From: Tubiluchus corallicola
Taxonomy: Eukaryota > Animalia > Priapulida
NCBI GenBank assembly: GCA_030141605.1
Contig: JAQGDQ010000159.1
Coordinates: forward strand, 372,001 to 436,000
Reading direction: 5' to 3'
DNA: 64,000 nt
The position numbers and the translations under genes are program-made. Of this stretch, positions 38,201-48,740 are shown piece after piece; position 1 is the first letter of the stretch; each line of letters starts with the position of its first letter. The notes beneath the pieces are model-generated. The model had not been told where the DNA came from. It saw only the letters and a program-made list of their open reading frames with translations, and did not search any database.

Positions 38201-41200
38201 TAATTTGAATAAGTGATGAAATGTTAAAGTTAGTGGATTAAGAAAGCACAAACACGTAAATCATTGAAGAAGGAAATGACTATGTCCTAATTAGATTGTT
38301 TTGGTGTGATTCTGCAACACATTTTTCCATGGAGTACATAAAAACTCAATCCTTTTTTTATTTGTTTTAATGTCTTGTAAGTTAAAAATATTAAATTTAG
38401 TTTACGAGGATCATCACAACATAAGAAAACTGCCGAGAAAAAATTTACCCGGAAAATGCAAGGTTTGCCCCATGGCAGCCAGACTATGACGATATGATTG
38501 ACTAAAATCATGGATTTTACTTAAAATAGAAAAAAGTTGAATTGCGTTGCTTCGCACTTTGAGCTATTTGGTTAGTTGCACATTATAACTATTTGAAATT
38601 TTTGCTAATTTGTGTTTAATTGTTAAATACAGTAGGTGCCGCTTAATAAACTCACGGTTTATTGACTCAAAAACACCTGGAACGGGCCGCTTCTATTCAA
38701 CTACACATAAAAACTATCGGTAATTGACTCAAATAACTCCGCATAATTGACTCAATATTTTTCTTTCCCGTACTTAAAATAAGATATTTGTATGTGCCAA
38801 AAGAGCCTTTCCTACTTTTATGTCATATTTACTTCCTTTTTGTGCACTATGTATGCAGAAACAATCATGGTAAGTACTGTTTTGTTTATAAGCAGGTACG
38901 TTTATCATGCACTAATACGCTAGCGTAGCGGTTTTGCTTTGAATTTGTTACCCCATCACCCACTATTACCCAAAGAATTTCTGGAAGCTAAACATTTGAT
39001 CACTTGCCTAGCAGTTTCCTTTTAATGCTCATGTTGCAAATCACACTTTCAGGCTTTATGAGTTAACAGTCAAAGATGCAGGTACAGTAATCAGCCGGTA
39101 TTTCTTGTGACTTGCAAGAATAAGCATCGTACAGGAAATAACGGCAATGTAAGGCACATTTTAGTCGCACACATCAACAGATTTTCAATATTTTTATAAT
39201 ATGCGAGAACTTTGTGGGTCAACTTCTTCGCGAAAAAATGAAGCAGCCGACTTTGAAGGAATTTTTGTAATTTTTGCAAATAATTAGACCTGTGTGATTT
39301 TGTAAAGTATACTTTTTAATTTATTGCTAATTCACTTATATAAATTAATATTTTACAATATTTTTTCTAATTTTTAAGTGCACACAGGATTTTAGGCAAA
39401 GTTTCAAAAATTCATTAAAAACCTTTGCAGTGCATAGTAAGCTGATGACTCATACTTCTATACCTGTAATACTACACCTGTCAGTTAATAGGTTCAGTCG
39501 GTTAATTGGGTCAAAACACGTCAGTCCCATAGTGAGTCTATTAAGCAGTGCCTACCTATCTTGTTTTTTTTTTGTGCAGATATTACACCTTGCATAATGA
39601 TGAAAGTTTTGTCATCGAAATGTCAGGAATCAAAATAAATTAGTTATTATGTTACTGCTAGCATGAGTGCTTTGTGGTCTCTTTCAAATTAGAGACAGAT
39701 TTCCTCATCAGTATACTTTCTCATTTCCAAAAATTGACAAAACACGTTTTTAAAATATAACTAAAATTTAAATCTAATGTACAATCTAATATCCGGCTTC
39801 GACACTCCCTTTTCAACTTGTGTTTTTTAGTGATACTGGGACATATCCACCAGAAAGCTGCATTTTTGGCCAACTACTTAATATCAGTGCTGTTTTAAGT
39901 AAGTAAATCAAGTATTTACTGTGCTTTGATATTTAAAGTGTTAGGCTAACATCACTACATCTAATATAAGTCTAAGGCCCACATACTTTTGCTTCACATT
40001 GTGGGCAACAGACTTCTCCTGCTTACTTTAGAATGATTAAGAAAAGTGTTGTTATTTTTTAAACTTGAAGGCTGAAGCTACTAACTTCTAGTAAAAACAA
40101 TGATAATAAATAATGGTTTCATGTTGTTCAGGGGTGTGCAAATTATCTGACTAGCCATGCAACATTAAACATTCCCGCAATTCCTGTGGGCCACATGCAG
40201 TTTGGTCAAGGAGCCAAGTACAGTAGGACTTAATAACGATTTTTTGTCATCCGATTTGCGCACATCATTACTACTACACTCAAGAAACTATTTTAGAAGT
40301 TATTAAAATTTATATTAAAAACCATATATTTCGTCATGTCTGACATTGACATTAAGTGACAACCGTCTTGTAAGGGTTAATGCCATCCGATCTAGAGGAA
40401 AAAACTACCTGCACTATCTTCAGCTGGATCGCGTGGGCTGCACTTTCATTACATTGACAAACCTCTTCGCGGGCCGCAGTTTGCATACCCCTGATGTTGT
40501 TGATCAACATGAAAGACAGTTCTGCAAACAGCCTATTTAAATCTTACACACTTTAGTAGTAAATATATGTGTATGCTAAATATATATTTGTACTTATTTG
40601 TACATTTCTTTGACGTCCAGTTGACGTTTGTGTGTCTCTTTCATTTTGTTAGCCCTGTTTATTTGTTATCTAGTTCGGCAGTGCACCTTGCGACACTGCT
40701 TTACTCAATGATGAGTGCTTGCTGTGGTTGATGGCACTACAGCCTACATTGTTATTGAGGATAATCTTCTGAACCAACAGAGACGTTTTAGCTATTTTTA
40801 TATATAGTCTTCCTCACCAAAAGAAACAATTGAAGGCACTTCGGCAATTTAAAGAGCTTACTCCTGGCAGCTATTTCTCTCACTTCATTGCATTTTTAAT
40901 TGTCAAACTTTTTTACAAATTGTTTTAACTCAATAACTGACTTTCATTATATAGATGAGTACAGTTATGGTGTAATATCCCTTGGCCAGTTTTTTTACTT
41001 CTTTTGTAGTGGTTATTGGTCGAAATGTTCACGGCTAGCAATACTTAGATCTGACAAGAACATAAGGTTGACCTAGTAGATAAACAGTTCCTGTAAAACG
41101 ATTTTTGGAAAATTATGAACCAATTTGGAATTACCTCTTGTTTATCTTACATCTTGTTTCCCGATATTTTTTGGTATTTTTATTTATTCACAAATCAGCT

Positions 41201-44200
41201 AGTTGTTGTGTCACAGAATACAAGCCATTAAGTTTAAAATTTTGGTTTCTCAAACAGTACGATAGATATACTAGATGAATTATTGAGTTCTCAGATATTA
41301 AACAAATTATTTCTCATAGTGGGAATATCAGTATACATACGTTATCGTCAAGCAGTAGAGTACCACAGGGAAGGACCATATTCACTGCTGATACTGAACA
41401 AGATAGCTTTAGCACTGGGATTAATTGCATCTGCTGGTGTTAGCCTTGTTGCAAATTTCCAGGTGAGAATACAATCTTTCACCCACTGCTATTCTGATAA
41501 TATACTTTTTAGTGTGTTTTAACATACAGGCAAAGGTAAGTAGTCACAGTATATGCTTGGTTGCAAAGTTAATGGCTGCTTGGTTAATAATAGATGAGTA
41601 ACTGCCATGAGAGTACGTCTTAGCTGTTTCATCCCCTATACTTCTATCAAGTAAGCCTATGCAGATATTCACCCACCGTAGGTAAGACGACACCTATGCC
41701 GGTTGAATATTTCATCTCAGAGAAATATTATTGATAATAGGCTAGATTGCAGTCTTGCCACCACCATCTCTATTAGGTAGACATTACTACTGGGTACTAG
41801 CTTCTGGTCTAGTTGTGTAAAAATATCAGTAACTGGATTTTTCAGCAATTATATACCATTATTGCTAATGGAAAATTTCTTGCGAATTATTTGGCTAAAA
41901 AATTAGTGACCACCATGATGTTGATTATAGTGGCACGACATATTTTATTTCTAGAAATTACCGCATTTTGTGTTGTAATAACTATTTATGTATTGTAATG
42001 AATTTTGTTAATTTTTTACATAGAAGCACTTATCCCGACTGCTTGTGTATCATTAAGTTTTGCATTGTGTGGTTACTCTAATGTGTGGCCGTACACTAAG
42101 TAGAATCAGACATTTTTCTAGAGCTGTTTTAGTTTGTCTTATAAAACCTTTCAGTGTATTAGAGATAAATTAGTCATTCTGCTGCATTGTTTTTTCTGTA
42201 AATGAAAGAAAAATCAACCTCACCTTTTTTTTGGACTGAGGATCAATTTGTTGGCTTTTAATGGTATTTTTATACTTCTGTTATGTTCTTTTTGAAATTA
42301 TGAATTAACCATCATATTGTTTCTGTGTAGACATGTCAGCCCAGAAACTTCTGTTTTTCATTTCTAATCATTTGTGAATTTACTAAAGTGTAAGCTTTTT
42401 TATTAAAAAAATGAGTTGCAATTTGATAGTTGGCTTTTAGATGGAACTTTTCGTAAAAGCTGTCCATTTACGGGCAGATTCTTTTATTTCAGGAAACCAG
42501 TGTAATCACGGTCCACTTGATAGGTGCTTTGTTAGCATTTGGGCTTGGTATTGTGTATGCTTGGCTGCAGCTATTCATGACGTATCGAATGTGTCCAGAG
42601 TTAAGAAGGATACCAGTTTTTGCTGCAAGATTACTTATTAGTGTAACAGCAACACTGTGCTTTTTTGGAAGTATTCTTTCTCTTACTGAAACACTCATTC
42701 TTAGAAAATTAATTAACACAATTTTACATGAGTGTATTTTGGATATGTGTTATCCAAAATACAAAAATTTTTCCGTCTTTTCTGATAAATTTTAAGCTTT
42801 GTGAAGTTGTTTTTAAACAATAGTTATAGAATCTATAATTATTGATGCAAATCCTCTATCATATCAAGTCGATACAGGACATAGCTTAGTTTTGTTATCA
42901 TATTAGTAATAACACAAAAAATCGTCATGTTATCAATACCAAATCACAGATGTATGTGAGTCTGTACTAATTTTACTTCTGAGAAAAAGAAAGTGCCAAA
43001 TTCCTGCAGCTCAAGCAGAAATTAATTACTTACTAAAGTTTTTTTTTTAATTTAACATGCTTTTATCTCTTATAACTAATCTTCTTTCAAGCAAAATAAA
43101 TCAGTTTTCATTGAATCACTCAGGTAGTATCGACTAACAACATTACTTTAACAAAATGTTGTTTGCTATGCATTTCATTTCTTTCATTGCACCATTTTAA
43201 TTTTGTACAAATGAAATGCATTTTAGTGGCTTCCAAGAAATACAAAAAAGCAGAACATTTGCATAATGCTAGAATTTTGACATGAAGTTCAGAAAAAGAC
43301 AATTTCCTTAACTTTGGCTAAAGCTTTTATTGCAGCTGCAATTGCAAGCAAGCAGTTTGATGGTGATGATCCTACTAAGTGGTATCCAGAAGATGGAGTA
43401 AGTGTAAACTTTGCAAATGTTTTAGTTTCTTGAATGTTATTGTTGGTCATCAGCATGGAAACACCACTGACAAAGAAGTTTATGACAGTGCTAAGAAATT
43501 TATGACAATGCTTGAAAACTGTTTGCTATTTTTGCATTAAAATCGCTCCTTGATTTTTTAAGCTGTTAAAACGTAAATTGACAATGTGAAAAAACAGCTT
43601 CCACTCTTTTGGCAAAAATCACACGTCAAAATACACAGTGATTTTTGCTGGCAGCTAGAGAAAATTTTAAGTGTCTGTAAATGACGGTTACTAAAAGGTG
43701 AATAGTGAAAACTTCAAGACAGAACTCTTATGTTTCATTCAAAAAAAAACATTTAGTGTGAAACTTCTGCATCATCACTTTATGATATTAATAAATTTCA
43801 TTTTATTTTAAGGGTTGGCCAGCACATGTTGTAAGCACAGCTTGTGAATGGGTAATGGCAGTTGCCTTTATGTGCTACTTTGCAACGTACATATTTGAGT
43901 TTCGTAAAATTGACATGACAGCGCCGCATGTAAGTAATTAATAAACATTTCGCGTAAGACAAGTCACTACGTATATCCTAGAATTATGAACTCTAACTTG
44001 GGTCTATCACATTGACCCTTGATTGGAACTGAAGCTAAGTCACAGCCGTGCCAATTCTTCTTTCAGATACAGCTTAGAAAGTTAGTATAATCATTGAGAG
44101 GTTATACTATTTTTTTTCTTGAGCATTAAGATTATACGTAATTGACATAACTTGATTGGTTTATTTCTGTAAACATCTGCAAATAAATAGTTTGATGTAT

Positions 44201-44311
44201 TCACAATAGTTTTATGTCGTCTTTTAAATTTTACAGGTTTATATTGTAGAAGATGTTCTGCCCTTACCGATAGATCCAAATGATGACAACAGATATGGAT
44301 CTATGAGCTGA
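35272..44311 (+). CDS. DRAM2: DNA damage-regulated autophagy modulator (DRAM1/2-like, Frag1/DRAM/Sfk1 family), 257 aa, 8 coding exons
   Basis: Exons 35272-35336, 36009-36062, 39831-39898, 41320-41462, 42493-42670, 43324-43397, 43813-43929, 44237-44311 (774 nt). Hallmark motifs [40 protein letters not shown]...VHLIGA, HVVSTACEW. The symbol denotes family similarity, not proven one-to-one orthology. Confidence 0.92.
36410..36596 (+). mobile_element. Penelope-like element 3' fragment (GIY-YIG C-terminus)
   Basis: Degenerate translation SAILEHCLQSDYQFKLENFGI*DSANHSFDHLIQETLLIKQ...SSPLELF* fits the typical PLE end (SAI.EH...F.IL...L.I.E.LLI....P.LN...S.PL.LF). Confidence 0.65.
36695..36920 (+). 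mobile_element. RTE-clade LINE ORF2 C-terminal fragment
   Basis: SNKGLYDKIKEEKWTRKIKHRSFKWVMGHALRLPENSPLKKAFY...KKQRGSKLLTW resembles the RTE tail (N..LY......I..RRL.W.GH..R......R.RGRP..TW). Confidence 0.7.
37000..38486. mobile_element. TIR DNA transposon relic with TAG...CTA termini (Academ-like)
   Basis: 37000-37100 (tagttcagcagcca...accttgcactttccgtgtaagttttttctcagcagttttc) is the inverse of 38390-38486 (gaaaactgccgagaaaaaatttacccggaaaatgcaaggt...tggcagccagacta); flanks tgat/tgac suggest a 4-bp TSD with 1 mismatch. Confidence 0.7.
37131..37367. repeat. Two-copy tandem duplication, ~115-120 bp unit
   Basis: gcagccttagcagaagaa...cagtgggtcatagaaccagtaatgaacatttt repeated head to tail. Confidence 0.9.
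38630..39556. mobile_element. Tc1/mariner (pogo/Tigger-like) MITE
   Basis: TA-cagtaggtgccgcttaataaactcac on the left; gtgagtctattaagcagtgcctac..TA on the right; subterminal ttgactcaa repeats. Confidence 0.7.
40129..40493. mobile_element. hAT-type MITE, 365 bp
   Basis: TIRs caggggtgtgcaaa / tttgcatacccctg; perfect 8-bp TSD atgttgtt (40121-40128, 40494-40501); subterminal gggcc motifs. Confidence 0.93.
42671..43323 (+). other. U12-type (minor spliceosome) GT-AG intron in DRAM
   Basis: 5' site GTATTCTTT, branch site TTCCTTAAC at 43304-43312 about 10 nt before AG, no polypyrimidine tract, phase-consistent exon join. Confidence 0.85.
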
Positions 44312-45059
44312 GTTCCTTGCAATTATTGTATCAATTGTTTCTGTATTCTTTTCAAAACAGTCCAAAGTGCTTTATTTATTATTAGTTGCATTAGGAAATC
44401 ACTGACTGTCAACGTTCCACAACATCCCACTGTTCATTCCTAATGTCTCCCAAAATTACACCTGCACTGAGATATATTTCTTAAAATGCAGTGCTTTTAA
44501 ATGTGATGTTTGGGTACTCCTGTAGGCAAAATGTGTTAACGCAACTTGAAGTGTACTTGTATGTTCTCATGTTTTTTTTCATATTTATGTTGTTGTTACA
44601 TTATATTATTATCATTAATGTTGCTAGTAGTAAAAAAGAGAGTCAAATACACTGTCCAAACTTACAGGCACCGCACTTAGTCTGAGACATTTTACATTCA
44701 ATCACAAAAATTTTTAAAACATGCATTATTTGTCCACCATTATTTTTCATTTTTGCATAAGTTTTTCACTGTTCCGATTATACTTCTAAAGTTACAGAAT
44801 CCAAAATTACCTAGTTAAAATGCTGCAGACTAGTGACAGTGTTTCGATGACACTACAGGGATCCAGGTGCATACTCGTTAAGGCCAACTCAAGTCGAGTC
44901 CAGCTGTTGCCACAAGCTTGCACCATTGCTGAAAGCGTTTGAATTTAAGTCACAGAAGTTAAATTCACATTGCATTGCGTTTCTGATACTCTGATTTGTT
45001 TAATAATTGAAACAGAAAACTGAGAAACCTGTGCATACTATCCTGGGATCGAGTCCATA

Positions 45060-45230
45060 ATGAGCCTACACCCAGTGCAAATGCTTAACTGGACCAAATC
45101 TGCACTAAGCCTGCACTCAGTGTAAATGCTGGGCTGGACCAACTCTTTGCTGAATCTGCACTTGTTGTAAATGCTAACTGGGCTGAGTCCATTCTGGATA
45201 TGGACTGGATTTGCCAATGTAAATGGGTGT
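45060..45230. repeat. Short diverged tandem repeat, ~45-bp unit (possible MITE interior) downstream of the DRAM stop
   Basis: gcctgcactcagtgtaaatgct..ctggaccaa unit about three times. Confidence 0.6.
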
Positions 45231-46619
45231 GTGAAACCTGCCTATAGAGTTTCACCAAGGAATTTCTTTAAATACTGACATACATTTAAAATTTTAGCTA
45301 CATTGCCATTATTCCAAGAAGGTGCTTATATGATCAAGTTTAACATGCAACTAGTAAGTTTGTACGATTTTTTTGTAATATCCCCCGTAACTGAGTGTAA
45401 TCTTCTAGTACGTAATCAATTCAATATGCAAATGAGTTACTGCTTATTGGTACAAGTGCCAAACAGTAATCGTGAAAAGTTTAGTTATACTGAATATATA
45501 TTGTTATGTGACTATAATATTTTACTGTTACCTCCTAATTTGTGATAACTGAAAAACTTTTATAGTTATGCTCCTGATATGAACTACGGGAAGAAATTCT
45601 GTTGTTATTTTTATACGTCACTGTTACTTTGAATAAAATGTTATGTTTTCCATCGGCTCTTTTGCTGTGGATTAAAAATTATTAATTTACTGGGAGGTAG
45701 AGTCTGTATAGAGACTATGCTACGATGTAAGCACATGTATTATCTTTTACTACAGCAAGGTTGCAAAAATTGCAAAACTTAGTTTGATTAGTGATATATA
45801 TATTAATTCTTATGGTTTAAAATATGAATAAAAAATGGTTATATAACGTCATTGTTGTACATTTCGTATAAATTACAGATAATGTTATTGTTATTTTTGA
45901 TATTTTGTGCAGTTGTTTTCAATATATTTCTCATATTCAGTAAACTATTTGATGTTTTCTAGCAGTTCACACTAGTCTTTTGGTAAAGAACAGAATTATT
46001 AATCACCTGGGAGATGGAGGCCATAAATTTCAAAGATTGTTAGACTTTTGATAAAAGTGCATTTGCTGTCATCTTATCCAGTTAATGGGTGACCTGTGTA
46101 ACAAATTAAGTTTCATACATTACTTATCTTATTTGAATAGCCAACCTATTCCAGTTTATTACCATGCAATAAAACAGGTTTATTCCTCAGCTAATATACT
46201 AATCAGTAGGTATATTTTTATAATTTAATTACTCAAACCTATTGTTTACGAGCTTAAGTCATTTCATGTGTTACTCATGTCTGCTGTAGAACATATGATA
46301 CCAATGGTAGTGTGTTGCTGTGTTTTGTTTTTTGTAAATGCGGAATTACTATTACACTTAGAGATATCAGTAAATTACGAAAGGTATGATTTTTCTGCAG
46401 TTAAAGGTTAAAGCTGATTTAAGAACCAGATAAATGAAACCATAGCCACGCTCATGCAGTTACATTTGTTGCATTGTCTTGTTACATAGTTACTGCTTTT
46501 AATGTCTAAAGGTAAATCTGGTATTGACTAATGCTAAAAATGTTATTGAACTCATAGAAGAATATATGACTTCAAATATTTTTAATATATTCACCGTTTT
46601 TCAAATATTGATTTGCAAG

Positions 46620-47100
46620 CTACCTGGAATTAAGCAAAGCCTTCTGAGCACACAAGCAGCCTGGTACTAAGCAAAGTCCAATCAGTTGGGTTCTGAGCAC
46701 ACAAGCAGCCTGGTACTAAGCAATTAAAATTCATTCTGCTGGCTTCTGACCACACAAGCAACTTGGTACTAAGCAATTAAAGTTCACTCTGCTGATTTCT
46801 AAGCACACAAGCAGCCTGGTACTAAGCAAAGTTCAATAAGATTGGCTTTTGGCTATCCAGGCAACTTGGTACTAAACGAAGTTCAATCAGCTGGCTTCTG
46901 GCTATGCAGGCAACCTGCTACTAAGCAGAGTTCAATCAGTTGGCTTCTAAGCATCCAGGTAACCTGACATTAAGCAAGGTTCAGTCAGTTGATTTTTGGG
47001 CATCCAGGCTACCTGGTGCTAAGCAAATTATTAAGTTCAATCAGCAGGCGTCTAGGCATCCAAGCAAACAGGCACTAAGGATATTCAATAAGCTGGTTTC
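46620..47100. repeat. Minisatellite, about ten diverged ~50-bp units
   Basis: ttctgagcacacaagcagcctggtactaagcaaagttcaatcagttgg-like units repeated in tandem. Confidence 0.9.
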
Positions 47101-48740
47101 TCTATCATGTTGACATAGATCTTCTCACGGCGGAATTCGCAGCCAAATGTCAATTGGCATATTGCATGACATCGCGCTGACGGGTTAATTCTAGCGTCGT
47201 CATTTATGATTAGCTGTAATCTAGCCATAGCCAGGTATACTGTGTTCAGAATGGGCTACTGCAATATACGATTATTGTACGCCAGCCTTGCTTTTAACCG
47301 GTGTTTGCTGAAACATGAATCAGTTTTTATAGCGAAATAGTGTAAAGAAAAAGGATGTTTTGTGAGAATTCAAGTCTTCGAAATTTACTATAGCATCGTC
47401 TGTGCCTTTAGACTAGGATTAAAATTATTTTTGTGTGAAATCGTGTCACTTGTGCAGATCAGTTCAGTTATGCTCATTGGCAGATTTAAGGGTATTTAAG
47501 CGGCTTTGTTGGAGCTCCAGCATTATGTTTTAAGCAGGTGTTGCTTGTGTGTGTAATCCAAACATTTACTTTAAGTAGACGCATGACCTACCTAGCTTTG
47601 TGTTTTATGTTTAGTCGCTAAAAATCTAAACAGTATTAATTTTGCTATTTTTCGAAAGTCTCATTTGATGCTTTTACAAAAGGGTATACTTTACTGGCAG
47701 TGTTTCATGTACATTACGAAAATTGCTTGTGTAACATTGTGAAATTTTTCATTTGCTATTGCACGCAATTATACAGTTGTATAAAATATAAGCCAACTTG
47801 ATTTTTATTTTTTCACAAACCGGCAATTGGTTTGAATTTTACTTTCAGCAGCTCTGGTGAAAAGCAAACAACGAAAATGTTGTAGATGGACCCTTTATCA
47901 AGTCAAGTATGTATATCAGGTAGCAATATATATATTGTACACGTGAACTAGCAATACCTATAGGTGACAATATACGCAATGTTATTCACCCATTTAAAAC
48001 GCCTTCAAAAGGTAAAATGTTTTATTTGTTCAGATGATGTTACTTGAAGAAACAAAGGTGCTCTTTACTGACATCAAGTCTTAAAGCGTTGACAAAAAGC
48101 GATTCGTAAACTTTGGATTGACTTATTTGCCTTTGAATTCTTGCTTGATTCATCGTCACGTTGGGATAAAAACAGTTGTAATCTTGCAAGCTTAAGATCG
48201 TGATCCTGTCAGGCAGGTAGGTTGTGTCTATGGTTAACTGCGTGCCATGCGTGGTGAGCACGGACCTGTCTCGGGAGGGTAAATCCTCTGTTACCAAGGA
48301 ACGCAGCGTCTGCATCCATGCATGGGGTAGAAAAACAAAAAGCGGTCGAAAGAAAGCGGTCCTGACAGAGACAGATCAGGATCCTGTTACCAGTTTAACA
48401 GAGTACTACATATCATGGTGGGCTTGTTTGGATAGCTGTTGATTTAGTTCCAATGGTTGATTTATGGTGTACCGATGATGTGAAATTAGAATCATATAAT
48501 TTTATAACAGTTTGCGCTGTCATGATAATAATAATATGATTCGCCCATAAATGCCAAAAGTACAAGATGACACTGAGAAAATGTAACGAAATATTAATCT
48601 TGCCAAGTGCTTCTATGGACTAGGTTATTAGACGTGTTCATCACTGGCTAGAAACGGTACTTCACTTTCATCAGCCAAGTATTTTGAATTTTTGATTAGC
48701 CAGTTTTGCGTTCACCAAATTCTATCTGTGTGACGTCAAT

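Noticed and set aside
48340-48362. SRP RNA helix 8 motif
   Set aside because: Lacks the CAGG/AGCAG loop and an Alu domain.
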